A DNA stretch of 64,000 nucleotides from Roseibacillus sp. (GCA_051251855.1 JBPOGI010000004.1:288001-352000); one strand, 5' to 3'. Shown: positions 37,613 to 48,329, counted from the stretch's first letter. Program-made: numbers and translations. The notes: generated by a model from the letters alone, not told the origin.

Positions 37613-39684
37613 TGAAGACCTCCAACCGTTCCAAGTTCCATAAGGGTGGCTACGCAGCACTGTTAACCACCATTTCACTCTCGATTACCATCATGGCCTT
37701 TGCCATGACGGCCTTTCGCGAGACTCGACAATCGCACGTGGTCCAAGCTCGTAACCAAGTCAAACTCGACTACAGCCAAAAAGAGAAAGCCTTTCTTCGT
37801 TCTCTACTTCACATCGTTCCCAACTATGCGATGCAGGCAATGATGAAGGACTCGTGGGGAAGTCGAGGCACACTCGACTGGGACTCAATTTTCGACCAAG
37901 CCTTAACTCAGGCGCGTATCGACCAATCTCTCGATCCTGCCATGAATGCCGATTTAGGTATTTCCGTCACTGCGGTCTCTTCCAACACAGGCGACGCCAG
38001 CTTTAACTCAAAGAAATTTGTCTCCTCTCCCAATGGCAACGGCCGCTATGCATTGCAGGATAGCAACGGTTCCCGCAACGCCCCCGACGGGAGCCCCCTC
38101 AACTTACCCCCTCGCATGAGATATATTGGTGGAGGGGGCAGAAGAAGCGGCTGGAATCCCATCATCAGCCTCAACAAGCGACTCAACAATAGTTCTCCGC
38201 TCTATACCGAGATGCCCTATCCCGAGATTGCCTTCGGATACGCTCAACAAGGTTCTAACTTCATTGCCAAGCGCAACTGGTGGGCCTTCACCGTTAACTT
38301 CGGAGCCGAAACCGCAGCTGTCACCGGTATTGCTCCCACTCCCCGTACCTACGTTCTCTCAATTTACGAAGTCCCCACTCAGCTGGCTATCTCTAGCGCA
38401 GGCGCAACGACCTCTCTTGGCGAGTTCAGCGGAGGCACCAGCTGGAGCCCAGCCAATATTGACATCGCAGGCCCCATCTATTCCGAAAACGCTGAGATTG
38501 CCGATACCACCAGTGTGGGTGTCGTCGCCAGCCGCAAAGGAATCAGCTTATCGTCCACAGCCCCAACCGGCCAAAAAATTGGCGGCCTCACGGAGCGACG
38601 CGAACTTCAAGCCACCACCGCCGACAGCACCTTCTACCGCTTTTCTTCCGCATCCGAATCAGGCTATGTCGCCTTCACCCCTATCAACCGAGATATCGAC
38701 TTCTTCGACTACTTCGCCGACACCACTTTTGCCGAGAGAACAACAGGCTATTATGCCGAAAACGACACATCGGGTAATACAAGTCACCGGGACTACTTTA
38801 CCGGACACTACGACCAAAACTCCGTCAACGAAACTAGCTGGAGCACCTACTCGATTGGTGCACGACAAACCCAGATGCAGGTCGAGGTCGCTCGCACCCG
38901 AACCGGCTCTCAACAGCCCGACCGTCTGTTCGTGACAGCCCGCTTCAACGGTGACAGCCAGTCTCGCCGTCAAAGGACGTCACGAGGCAATGGAAACAGT
39001 TACTGGTGGAAATCAGCCGGCCAAGATGGCGTTGCCGCTGGCGGAAATAGCTGGCCCCGCACCCCAGACGGAGATGATTGGTTCATTCAGGATGGAATTC
39101 TTCCCAACGGAAGGCCCTGCCTCACTCTTGACCTCGAGAAGCTCCCTGGCTTTCTCAACCAAATCACCGCTGATGACGTCACCGTCAACAACTCCATTTG
39201 GATTGGAGCCAACTATGGCTACGGCACTGTGGACAAACCCTCCCACCCCAGCTTGGACACCGACATTGCTCTCCTGATCACAAAATCTGAAGACCTCTCA
39301 GCTTACACCAACGGACTCACTATTATCACCCCGTTCCGCGTCTACTTCGCGGATAACTTTAACGACATCCCCGTCACCCCAGCTCCTTCTGGAGCCACTT
39401 TAGACGCAAATGGTGACTGGTATCCGCCTGTCTCAGTCTATGCTCCAGAGAAGCGATTTGGTATTCAAAACACCTCAGGAAACATCGAAGTCGCAGGCCA
39501 GATTGGTTACCTTCCCACCAACGACGCGTCCGCCACAGTCAACCCTCTGGACCTCAAAGACGGCGGCACCGATACCATGACTCCCAGCAGCATTAAGGCG
39601 CAACTCAAGGGCATCTCGAAAGAAGAAGATCTCCCTCCGGTAAGCTCCATGAACTGGCTCACCATTATCGAGGAGATTCACTAG
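37612..39684 (+). CDS. Large PilX/GspK-like minor pilin with extended C-terminal domain
   Basis: Basic leader, KGG|YAALLTTISL lacking Glu5 as is typical of PilX/GspK; 690 aa; TAATG-coupled. Confidence 0.65.
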   Translation: MKTSNRSKFHKGGYAALLTTISLSITIMAFAMTAFRETRQSHVVQARNQVKLDYSQKEKAFLRSLLHIVPNYAMQAMMKDSWGSRGTLDWDSIFDQALTQARIDQSLDPAMNADLGISVTAVSSNTGDASFNSKKFVSSPNGNGRYALQDSNGSRNAPDGSPLNLPPRMRYIGGGGRRSGWNPIISLNKRLNNSSPLYTEMPYPEIAFGYAQQGSNFIAKRNWWAFTVNFGAETAAVTGIAPTPRTYVLSIYEVPTQLAISSAGATTSLGEFSGGTSWSPANIDIAGPIYSENAEIADTTSVGVVASRKGISLSSTAPTGQKIGGLTERRELQATTADSTFYRFSSASESGYVAFTPINRDIDFFDYFADTTFAERTTGYYAENDTSGNTSHRDYFTGHYDQNSVNETSWSTYSIGARQTQMQVEVARTRTGSQQPDRLFVTARFNGDSQSRRQRTSRGNGNSYWWKSAGQDGVAAGGNSWPRTPDGDDWFIQDGILPNGRPCLTLDLEKLPGFLNQITADDVTVNNSIWIGANYGYGTVDKPSHPSLDTDIALLITKSEDLSAYTNGLTIITPFRVYFADNFNDIPVTPAPSGATLDANGDWYPPVSVYAPEKRFGIQNTSGNIEVAGQIGYLPTNDASATVNPLDLKDGGTDTMTPSSIKAQLKGISKEEDLPPVSSMNWLTIIEEIH

Positions 39685-40273
39685 TAACCCGCTCTGAAGG
39701 CCCGCCTTTCACAGTCACGGGCATCCCAATACGACACTTTTGGTAAACAAGAGGCTGCACCTTCTCAGGCATCCGAATACACCCAAAGCTCGAACGATGC
39801 CCTCGAGGAAAAGCTCCCACATGCACCCCCACCCCATCCCAGGTAAGACGCATCCAATAGGGCATTGCAATTCCTAGGTAACGTGTTCCCGCAGGCTTTC
39901 TAGCAACCTCCCAGCTCTTCTCCACTACCACTTCTCCCGTCTCTTTCGAAACATACTTACCATATTTGTTAGATCGCTTGTCCACAATCATCTCCTTAAT
40001 CGGAAAGCGTCCCGTTGGCGTCTCCCGTCCTGGAATGCCAGTCGAGCAATCTGTCTCAATTGCAACCCGGCCCAGTGAGTCCAACAAAAGCAGCTTCTGT
40101 TGCTGAAGTGAAATCTCGATCGACCCCTTCCCCTCCCCCATTCCTTCGTAAATTTCCTCCGAAACCCGCCACCTCGGCTCCGTGGAGGGAACCGCTGGCT
40201 CTACCTCCACAAATTGCGAACATGAACACAACCCCAGCACAAGCACCCCAAATGCTATTTTTACTACAATCAC
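39665..40273 (-). CDS. L,D-transpeptidase (YkuD family) lipoprotein
   Basis: CSTG...TPTGRF, MPYWMRL and GVHVG...SFGCIRM catalytic His/Cys. Confidence 0.88.
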   Translation of the reverse strand: MIVVKIAFGVLVLGLCSCSQFVEVEPAVPSTEPRWRVSEEIYEGMGEGKGSIEISLQQQKLLLLDSLGRVAIETDCSTGIPGRETPTGRFPIKEMIVDKRSNKYGKYVSKETGEVVVEKSWEVARKPAGTRYLGIAMPYWMRLTWDGVGVHVGAFPRGHRSSFGCIRMPEKVQPLVYQKCRIGMPVTVKGGPSERVTSESPR

Positions 40274-40386
40274 AAAGCGAAACTGCCTGAATCCGCCAGA
40301 TTCCTCAAGTGCTATTTTTACAGCCTTAAAAGAACTTTCCTTTTCCCCGTCTTTTCAAAGCAATCTCGGCCTGCTAAATCCCCTCC

Positions 40387-41136
40387 GTGTCCTATCTCGA
40401 AATCGCCCTCAGCGCCGCCCAAGAAGTGGGCCAACTTCTTCGCGACAACTTCCACCAAGACAAAACCGTCGACGAAGCCCTGCACCACGACCTCAAACTC
40501 GAGCTCGACCGCAAGGCGCAAGATCTCATCTTCGCCCGCATCGCCGCCAGCTATCCCGACCATGCACTTTATGGAGAAGAAGGCCTCGGGGGTAACCAAG
40601 AGTCCGACTTCCAATGGATCGTCGATCCCATCGACGGCACCGTCAACTTCTTCTACGGCATCCCTCACTTCTGCGTCTCCATTGCCCTTCGCAAGGGATC
40701 AGACATCCTTATGGGCGTCATTCACGACCCCATGACGGGCGAGACTTGGACTGCCGAGAAAGACGGACAAGTCCTCCTCAATGGTAGACCTCTCAGAGTC
40801 AGTAAACGCACCAAGCTCGAAGAATCCATCGTCTTTATCGGATGCGGCAAAGACGAAGAAGCCCTCAAAATTGGACTCGAACGCTTCCGCAAAGCCTCCC
40901 TTCGTTGCCGAAAGATGCGGATGATGGGTAGCGCTGCCCTCGCCATGGCCTACACCGCCAGCGGCCGACTCGATGCCTACGTTGAATCGCGTATCTCACT
41001 TTGGGACATTGCCGCCGGCAAGCTCATCCTCGAAATGGCCGGAGGCAACTGCGAACTAACCCCCAACCCTGACAACCCAGATATCTACGCCATTAAGGCC
41101 ACTAACGGCCTCATTCCCATCGACGAAGTTCTCTAA
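40387..41136 (+). CDS. Inositol monophosphatase family protein (SuhB-like)
   Basis: GEE, WIVDPIDGTVNF, GSAAL and WDIAAG. Confidence 0.92.
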   Translation: MSYLEIALSAAQEVGQLLRDNFHQDKTVDEALHHDLKLELDRKAQDLIFARIAASYPDHALYGEEGLGGNQESDFQWIVDPIDGTVNFFYGIPHFCVSIALRKGSDILMGVIHDPMTGETWTAEKDGQVLLNGRPLRVSKRTKLEESIVFIGCGKDEEALKIGLERFRKASLRCRKMRMMGSAALAMAYTASGRLDAYVESRISLWDIAAGKLILEMAGGNCELTPNPDNPDIYAIKATNGLIPIDEVL

Positions 41137-41151
41137 TAGAAAAACACCACC

Positions 41152-41556
41152 ATGACCCTTCCTCCCTCCTTCACTACCCAAAGCCTCGGCGATCTCAAAC
41201 TCGTCGAAGGCACCGCCAGCTACCGGCCCACCAACCAGAACGAGCACCGCTTTCTCTTTGAACCCCATCAGAACCCCAATCCCACCGCTTGGATCACCCT
41301 CATCGACCAGCGCGCACCCCAGCTCAATAGCCAGTGGCCCGCCATCCTCGCCTCCTCACCCGATAAGCTCAAATCAGCCCTCAGTGCCATCGGCCAACCC
41401 TCTCTCAGCGAAGATGCCGGACTGCAACACATCACTCTCAATGGAGAAGGAGAAGCAATTCTCCTTGTAAGCCTTTTCAAAAGCGAAGAAAGCCACTCCC
41501 TCGAGGCCAGTCTAGACGAACAAGGCCTCGTCAAAGACATCAACGCTACTCGCTAA
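41152..41556 (+). CDS. Hypothetical protein
   Basis: 134 aa ORF tightly packed between the IMPase and ispF with host-like codon usage. Confidence 0.6.
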   Translation: MTLPPSFTTQSLGDLKLVEGTASYRPTNQNEHRFLFEPHQNPNPTAWITLIDQRAPQLNSQWPAILASSPDKLKSALSAIGQPSLSEDAGLQHITLNGEGEAILLVSLFKSEESHSLEASLDEQGLVKDINATR

Positions 41557-41560
41557 CTAG

Positions 41561-42058
41561 ATGAATACACCCAACTGGATTCCTCTCGTCGGCACTGGTT
41601 ACGACGTCCACCAATTTGCCGAGGACCGCAAACTCATTCTCGGTGGGGTGGAGATTCCGCACAGCCATGGCTTACAAGGTCACTCCGATGCCGACGTGCT
41701 TTGCCACGCCATTGCAGACGCCGTTCTGGGTGCAGCGGGATTGCCAGACATTGGCCACTACTTCCCCCCTGGCGACCCCGCTTGCAAAGACATTTCATCT
41801 TTAAAAATCCTTGAAAAAGCGGCCTCTCTCGTCCGTGAAATGGGCGGTCGCCTCTGTAACGTGGACTCCACTCTTGTCGCCGAAGCACCCAAAGTTCTTC
41901 CCCACGCCGAAGCCATGAAAAAGAACATTGGTCTCGCCCTCGCCCTTTCTCCCCATCGCGTCGGCATCAAAGCCACCACCAACGAGACCATGGGCTTCGT
42001 CGGGCGCAACGAAGGCATCGCCGCTCTCGCTAGCGCCAGTGTGATGATGCCCGAATAG
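41561..42058 (+). CDS. ispF: 2-C-methyl-D-erythritol 2,4-cyclodiphosphate synthase
   Basis: GYDVH, GHSDADVLCHA, DIGHYFP and IKATTNE. Confidence 0.97.
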   Translation: MNTPNWIPLVGTGYDVHQFAEDRKLILGGVEIPHSHGLQGHSDADVLCHAIADAVLGAAGLPDIGHYFPPGDPACKDISSLKILEKAASLVREMGGRLCNVDSTLVAEAPKVLPHAEAMKKNIGLALALSPHRVGIKATTNETMGFVGRNEGIAALASASVMMPE

Positions 42059-42071
42059 ATTCGGAGTCTTC

Positions 42072-42097
42072 TGGAGTGCACGTAGCTTGCCACTCCA
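42072..42097. repeat. Degenerate REP-like palindrome
   Basis: TGGAGTG...CACTCCA between convergent ispF and fbp; same core as 19826-19853. Confidence 0.45.
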
Positions 42098-42100
42098 ACC

Positions 42101-44032
42101 CTACCCCTCAGTCACCTCACCCGACCGATAAGCTTGTAGTAGATTATTAAGCGAACAAAGCTGCGCCTGAATATCCTCGCTCTCGTGAGTGTCTGCAATC
42201 GTGCGCGCCGGCACGTGCTTCCTCAAATCACGGAGCTTCGGAATCATATCATCATCGCATTCGAGAAAATTCTCAATGGACTCGAAGTGCGAATGCTCCG
42301 CCAATCGAATACCATTTGGGCCCATCACCAGAGTATAACCATGGTCCCCATAGGATTCCGAAAAAGCGCCATCAATGGTCACCGCATTTCCTCCCCGCTT
42401 CACAGGGTCCTCACCCTTCTCAACCTTCACCGGAACATGGCCGTTCACAATCAGAACGTTCTCTTCCACCCCAAACTCACGGCCGACCCTCTTGCAGAAA
42501 TCGGCATCGTGAATCATCCGAAAATATGGATCCTTCACCTCCTTGTGCGTCTCTGGGTCCTCGATGAAATAGCGCTCGAAAGTCGTCATCCGAGTCTTTC
42601 CAAAAAGCGGCGAGTCACCATGAACCCAAAGCCAATAGTAGTAGTCTAAATCATGAGGCGCCGATTGACCTCCCTCTCGATATGTCCGACGCACCATCTG
42701 CTCCAGTTCATAAAAAAGAGCGCCCCCACTGACTTTCTTCCCCTCAACATCAACCTCACGAAAGCTTCCATCCTCATTGGTCGGCACACAGGCATGAAAA
42801 ATAAGCGCCTCATCCCGCTTCAGTGACAAACTCCCCTGACGAACGACGAAAAGCATATGCTCCCAAAGCTGCTGGCTAGAAACAAAAGACTGGCGTAGAC
42901 GATCCATACAAACGCGCTCCTCCTCAGAAAGCGCATAAGGATCAGCCCCATCAATTGTCGGAAAGTTCGTATCCCTTAGCACATGCGACTTCCCGTCGAG
43001 CATGATCGTTCCCTTTTCAAAGTCAATGAGGTGCAACTGGCGTCGATCCTCCATCTTCCATTCCGGATGCCGCTCAATAACGGGACTCGACAATTTCAAC
43101 TCCAGAATCGCAATCGCTTTGTGCATCTTCGCGACCAACTCTTCATCCATAAAGTCCGATGACCGCTTCGGAAAAAAAACCTCTGCCGGATCGTCTCCGT
43201 AAGCCGTCTTTGCCAACTTCGCCAAGGGAGACAGCAAAATCCCGTAACCCTCCTCTAACTGCCATAGCCGCAGGTAGCGTAGCGAAACCCGCAGCACTGT
43301 CGCAATCAGGACTTCCGAACCAAGCGTCGCACCCATCCAAGTAACATCATGATTCCCCCAAGTGAAACTTACTTTAGGCTGATTCTTTAAGTAGTGAATC
43401 ACCCGGTCCCCCCGCTCTCCTCGGTCAAAGAGATCGCCCGCAACGACCACCTCCGAAACAACCAGATTACGCACCAAACGCGACGCCTCATGAAGCGCCG
43501 AAATATCCTGATCATAGTCCCCCAAAGCCTCAATCATCGAATCCACGTAACCCAGGTCACGATTGAAGGAGACCTCATCTAACAGAGCAATATAAAGAAC
43601 CTTAAACTCATCCTTCATCAAACCTAGCAACTCCTCCTTCGTCACCGTCTTCGCTAGCCTTCTCACCAACCGAAACTGCAGGCGAAACAGGCGTTTGGAC
43701 TTCTCCAAGCGCCATTCACGGTTCTGAAGCCGCTCTTGATACGTCCTCATCTTCTCCACCGGATAATAGAGAAAAGCCAACAGGATTCCCTTCTCCTCAT
43801 CATTGAGTTCATCCCCAAACACCTCATTCACGAGATTGCTTAACCCTCCCGAGGCATTGTTCACCACATGGCGCAACTTGCGGTCATCGCCATGCACATC
43901 ACTAATAATGTGGACTCGCCCCTTGGGCAAAGTGAGCTTCGCCTGCAGCAGCGATATCTCCGACATCACCGCAGAGGCGGTCGGAAATTGACGAGCAAGA
44001 AGGCTCAGCGTGGGACCGCAAACTTCGGACAT
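42101..44032 (-). CDS. fbp: Fructose-1,6-bisphosphatase class 3 (Firmicute-type)
   Basis: LPKG..HIISDVHG, VAGDLFDRG, WGNHD, SPLFGK..MTTFERYF, NGHVPVK and IDGAFS. Start likely ATG 44032. Confidence 0.9.
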   Translation of the reverse strand: MSEVCGPTLSLLARQFPTASAVMSEISLLQAKLTLPKGRVHIISDVHGDDRKLRHVVNNASGGLSNLVNEVFGDELNDEEKGILLAFLYYPVEKMRTYQERLQNREWRLEKSKRLFRLQFRLVRRLAKTVTKEELLGLMKDEFKVLYIALLDEVSFNRDLGYVDSMIEALGDYDQDISALHEASRLVRNLVVSEVVVAGDLFDRGERGDRVIHYLKNQPKVSFTWGNHDVTWMGATLGSEVLIATVLRVSLRYLRLWQLEEGYGILLSPLAKLAKTAYGDDPAEVFFPKRSSDFMDEELVAKMHKAIAILELKLSSPVIERHPEWKMEDRRQLHLIDFEKGTIMLDGKSHVLRDTNFPTIDGADPYALSEEERVCMDRLRQSFVSSQQLWEHMLFVVRQGSLSLKRDEALIFHACVPTNEDGSFREVDVEGKKVSGGALFYELEQMVRRTYREGGQSAPHDLDYYYWLWVHGDSPLFGKTRMTTFERYFIEDPETHKEVKDPYFRMIHDADFCKRVGREFGVEENVLIVNGHVPVKVEKGEDPVKRGGNAVTIDGAFSESYGDHGYTLVMGPNGIRLAEHSHFESIENFLECDDDMIPKLRDLRKHVPARTIADTHESEDIQAQLCSLNNLLQAYRSGEVTEG

Positions 44033-44167
44033 GCTCCCAGAGAAAGCACAAACCAATCCAAATGAAAATTCCGAACGCGCCTCTTTACCGCTTCATCCCG
44101 TATTTTCCCGCGTCATGAATGTAGACCTTTCTTGAATATTGAGCTCCAAGAAGAGATTCTTTAAACC

Positions 44168-44440
44168 ATGTCTGCCGACCCCATGAATATTTACTTCACG
44201 AAATGGTTGCCCCGCGCTCGTCGCCTTTTGGCTCCCAGTGGTCGGCTCACCGAATTGGCGCACACCCTCTCAGCTAAGGACCAAATCCCCGCCGAAGACT
44301 GGCGCACCCGTCTTCGCCGCGTCCTTGACGGACACGAGCAACCAGACACCGACCTCGTTTTCGAAGTCGAGCGCTTCGTCGCCCGCCCCATCCCCGAGCG
44401 GAACGTCGAACAAACCAAAGAGTTCGGCTTAGCGAACTAG
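44168..44440 (+). CDS. Small hypothetical protein, possibly helix-turn-helix-like
   Basis: 90 aa, helical and Arg-rich (GRLTELA...LRRVLDG..P); divergent from fbp. Confidence 0.55.
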   Translation: MSADPMNIYFTKWLPRARRLLAPSGRLTELAHTLSAKDQIPAEDWRTRLRRVLDGHEQPDTDLVFEVERFVARPIPERNVEQTKEFGLAN

Positions 44441-44491
44441 CATTTCCCTCCCAAATAGGAGGGCCGATTTCAAGCGTCCACAACGAGATCC

Positions 44492-47400
44492 CTACGGAGT
44501 CACGGAAACCTCGGCTCTGACAAAAAGACGAGTCAGTTTGCCGACGATTCCGTCTTCATTGTCAATCGCAGCACGATCGATACTGAAGACGATCTCAGCG
44601 CCTGTCCCTGGGATGCTGGTAATCGGGAACCATTCGATCAAGTCGGGTGACCAAACCAGATGATAGCTGCGACCAGAGACACTCCACCAGCTCACATCCA
44701 CCGTGTTAGCTTGAACTTCAAGAATGCAGACCTGCAAGACATCGCTATTGTCTTGCGGATCCGTCCCAGCCACAAACTCATCCACATTCGACGCTCCGTC
44801 TCCGTCGAGGTCAGTAGCAGCATCCTTGAACCAGTTCGGATCAAGTCCATTCGCGAGTTCATAGACATTTGGCATGCCATCACCGTCGTTGTCCGGGACC
44901 CGAGTAAAAAGCGAAGTAGATTCGGTGCTGCGCAACTGGTCAAGAAGACCCAGAAAATCTTCGCCAGCAAGGGAGACCATCTCACTGCGAATCAAAGAAT
45001 CATTGCTAAAGCCAGCGAGGAGATTCTGGTCTTCCCCAAGGTCAATCGTTTGCTGAAACAGCTGTTTCGGCGTCCCTTGATCGACCCCAATCGGCGAAGT
45101 AATGGGGGCATTCATAGAGTCCCAAGAGGTGCTGTTTCCTCCCCCTCCAGTCGAATCAATGAACTTCCAACCATCGATCGTTTTCAGCCCTAAATGCCCA
45201 CTAATGGAAGACATCACAATCGCTGGCCGCTGGGGCTCTGGCTTCTGCTGACCCCGCAAAAGATTCAGGAAACTCTCTCCGTCTGGAGCCGTTGAGTCTG
45301 GTAAATCGCTGCCAAGATAGGCTGCAATGGTGGCAAAAATGTCCCCCTGCCAAACCGGATAATTGACCTTCATCCCGGCCGCCGCCTGCCCAGGCCAACG
45401 AACCATAAAAGGAACCCGTGTTCCTCCATCCCAGGAATCACGCTTATTACCACGCAACGGTCCATTCGAGTCCGCATTGTTGGCAATGCTATCCGTCATC
45501 GCCCCGGTTTCGGGACCGTTGTCGGCCGTAAAAATGACGAGCGTATTCGACCCAAACCCATTGTCCTCCAGCGCAGTCAACACCCGACCCACTCGGTCAT
45601 CAACTTCGCGCATCCAGTCCGCATAGAGAAAACCATTGGCAACCCCATCACCCACAAATTCCTGCGTGAGCGCCCACGGATAATGCGGCGAGTTCATTGA
45701 GACATAGGCGAAAAATGGATCAGGGTCCCCGCTCGTTGCTCGCTCGGCGATATAGTCTTCCACATCCGAGAAAAGCTGCGGCCCAACATTCACTTGGCTA
45801 TAGGAAGGATCGCCCAGCCCATCACGAGAGCCCTTGCGTCCCAAGACCGGAGCATTGACTTCAGCTCTCGTCCAATAACGGAAAGGATCAGAGTTCAAAG
45901 CGGGACGATAAGCTCCGTTGCCGCCATCAAGAGAAGGATCCCAAAACTGCATGCGGTCATCGATCAGATAAACATAAGGCACGAAGTTGATGGCCGCAGC
46001 ATTGCCCCGAAAATGGTCAAAACCATGATCAACGGCATGAAGTTCCACCGGCCGCTCCCAGTCGACGATCGCAGGATCGGCCGGATTGCCCGTAATCACG
46101 GAACCATCAGTCTCGAAAAAATTCCCTCCCAAGTGCCACTTCCCGAAGGCAGCGGTGTCGTACTGCTGGGTCTTCAGAAACTCGGCAATCGTGACGTCGC
46201 TCACCCTCGGCAAATCATCCCCGCCAATTTGTCCACCCCAATTGCCCGTGATACCATTGAACTCGCGCCAGTTGTATTTACCGGTGAGCAAAGCATAGCG
46301 ACTGGGAGTGCAAACCGCATTCCCCGAATGACCTTGAGTGAAGGTGACCCCGTCAGTCGAGATTGAATCAATATGCGGAGTGAGGGCCGGACTCGTGGTT
46401 CCGTAAATACTCCCGTAAGCCGAGATATCGCCAAAGCCCAAGTCATCCGCATAGATGATCACAATGTTAGGCTTGGCCACGGCGGGTCGGTGGTCGGGAC
46501 AATCATCCCCATCGTTAGGATTGGAGCCAAAAGCGACCTCAGCCTCGTCTCGGTAACTGTCATTGTCGCTATCCACAAAGGGAAAAAGGGGTCCTGTGTT
46601 CGGCGGCTGTCGATTTGGATCGGTGCCCGCTAGAATCTCATCATTGTCGTCCACGCCATCGCCATCAGAATCTGGTTCCAGCGGATCGGTCGCGTCTCCC
46701 GGAGGCCCCGATTGCACACCCGCCACCCAAGGATTGAGGGTTCCATTCACTTCCTGACCATCATTGAGCCCGTCGTCATCAGAATCACTATCCTGAGGAT
46801 CGGTGCCAGCAGAGTATTCTTCCAAATTGGTCAAACCATCCGCACCTCCCACCGCATCGTCATCAATCGCGGCATCGTTGACATTAGGATTTAAGCCATT
46901 GGCGACTTCGTAGTTATCAGGCATGCCATCATCATCGCTGTCCAATGCGCTCGAGATGACCAAACGAGGATTGCTGAACCCCGCCGCATTAGACTGATTC
47001 TCCCCCACAAAGACAGCGAGCCCGAAGTTGTCGGTGGAACCATTGACCCAGCCCTCCACAATGCTTGTGACATCCGCAGATACGGAGGCGGGAGGAGCTA
47101 AGGCCGAGATATCCGCAATCAAGGAGACACGGTCACTCGCACTAGTAATGCCCCAACTGTGAAGCGGAACCGTCGATGTTCCATCCCATGCCGAGTTGGT
47201 CACTCGCCCCACTACCGCAGACGCGCTGTTGAGATTATTGAGCTGAAAATCGTAGTCAGCGGTGAAGGCAACCGAAAAACCCGGGCTATTGAAATCGGCG
47301 ACGGTCAAAGCGCTCACATCAAAGTTTAGAAAGGAACTCGCTCGGCGATTCGTCTGTGTCGCTGAAAGTCTTTCTCGCGCGTAAATATCAGAATCCGCTG

Positions 47401-48262
47401 GCAAGTCACCGCTATCGACATTGGAAGCTCCTGTCACCGGACCATTGGGCGGCGTTTGCGCATCAGTTGTAAAAACAGTCGTTGGTAGAATATCGTTTAA
47501 AGAAGAGATTAAAGGCTCACCGTTCACTGAAATGGAAGTAACGTCGATAACGGTGCCCGCTTCATTGGCTTGCTGGTAGACCATGGAAGCGAAGACAGAA
47601 CCGTCGTTTGTGAAAGTGGAAAAATCAAAAGCGGTGGGCCAAGAGCCTTGAGCGTCGACCGAACCATCAATCCCAAGAAGGCAGACTTCCCAGCCACTGG
47701 CGTCAAAGCGATAATCGACGGTATAGCCGTCTTGCAAGCTGGCTAAGGTGTAGCTTCCCAAGGAAGAAATGATCACTTCGTTTCCACTAGCATTATCGTA
47801 AACAAAATTAACCACTCCCCCAAGATAGCGAATTCCGAGAGCCCATCCATCAGCTCCGCCTGCGTTCTGCGAGTTGTTCCAGAGCTCCGTGTTATTTCCT
47901 GCCAGCCCAGCCCAATGACCGTTGTTAGTAGGCTGACCGTTGGAATCGATGATGCTCCCAATCGTGATAGATGCGGTCAGAAGAGAAAACTCCGCAGCAT
48001 TGAACGAACCATTACTCACGCAACCTACCGCTCCACTCGATGCTTCATCGACAGACATGGTGGCTTGACCGGTAGCGTTGTCCCAAGCTGGATTTCCAAT
48101 CGAGTTTGAAATCACACTGAAGTCTTCCAGCAGACCATCGGCTGTATTGTTGAAGGAGGCATCGATGATCACCTCGCTAGCTGGAGTGATACTATCCGCA
48201 AAGAGAGAACTAGGCGCCAAAGCCAAGAAAAGAGAGAGAGAGCGGGAGAAGATAATCATCAT
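44492..48262 (-). CDS. Secreted multidomain formylglycine-dependent sulfatase (domain A + domain B + DxDxDG repeats + sulfatase + C-terminal module)
   Basis: Signal peptide; PNIVIIYADDLGFGD, CTPSR, GKWHLG, DNG and GNKRDSWDGGTRVP; TSP3-like DxDxDGxxDxxE repeats. Confidence 0.92.
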   Translation of the reverse strand: MMIIFSRSLSLFLALAPSSLFADSITPASEVIIDASFNNTADGLLEDFSVISNSIGNPAWDNATGQATMSVDEASSGAVGCVSNGSFNAAEFSLLTASITIGSIIDSNGQPTNNGHWAGLAGNNTELWNNSQNAGGADGWALGIRYLGGVVNFVYDNASGNEVIISSLGSYTLASLQDGYTVDYRFDASGWEVCLLGIDGSVDAQGSWPTAFDFSTFTNDGSVFASMVYQQANEAGTVIDVTSISVNGEPLISSLNDILPTTVFTTDAQTPPNGPVTGASNVDSGDLPADSDIYARERLSATQTNRRASSFLNFDVSALTVADFNSPGFSVAFTADYDFQLNNLNSASAVVGRVTNSAWDGTSTVPLHSWGITSASDRVSLIADISALAPPASVSADVTSIVEGWVNGSTDNFGLAVFVGENQSNAAGFSNPRLVISSALDSDDDGMPDNYEVANGLNPNVNDAAIDDDAVGGADGLTNLEEYSAGTDPQDSDSDDDGLNDGQEVNGTLNPWVAGVQSGPPGDATDPLEPDSDGDGVDDNDEILAGTDPNRQPPNTGPLFPFVDSDNDSYRDEAEVAFGSNPNDGDDCPDHRPAVAKPNIVIIYADDLGFGDISAYGSIYGTTSPALTPHIDSISTDGVTFTQGHSGNAVCTPSRYALLTGKYNWREFNGITGNWGGQIGGDDLPRVSDVTIAEFLKTQQYDTAAFGKWHLGGNFFETDGSVITGNPADPAIVDWERPVELHAVDHGFDHFRGNAAAINFVPYVYLIDDRMQFWDPSLDGGNGAYRPALNSDPFRYWTRAEVNAPVLGRKGSRDGLGDPSYSQVNVGPQLFSDVEDYIAERATSGDPDPFFAYVSMNSPHYPWALTQEFVGDGVANGFLYADWMREVDDRVGRVLTALEDNGFGSNTLVIFTADNGPETGAMTDSIANNADSNGPLRGNKRDSWDGGTRVPFMVRWPGQAAAGMKVNYPVWQGDIFATIAAYLGSDLPDSTAPDGESFLNLLRGQQKPEPQRPAIVMSSISGHLGLKTIDGWKFIDSTGGGGNSTSWDSMNAPITSPIGVDQGTPKQLFQQTIDLGEDQNLLAGFSNDSLIRSEMVSLAGEDFLGLLDQLRSTESTSLFTRVPDNDGDGMPNVYELANGLDPNWFKDAATDLDGDGASNVDEFVAGTDPQDNSDVLQVCILEVQANTVDVSWWSVSGRSYHLVWSPDLIEWFPITSIPGTGAEIVFSIDRAAIDNEDGIVGKLTRLFVRAEVSVTP

Positions 48263-48290
48263 TGAGGAAAGGGGAAAGAAATCGGTTCAG

Positions 48291-48329
48291 AAAAAAGGCC
48301 GGGAACTCTATCAAAAGAATCCCCAGCCT
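48291..48329 (-). terminator. Intra-operon terminator between the repeat protein and the sulfatase (copy 2)
   Basis: Minus-strand GC hairpin followed by TTTTTT; homologous to 56931-56969. Confidence 0.7.
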
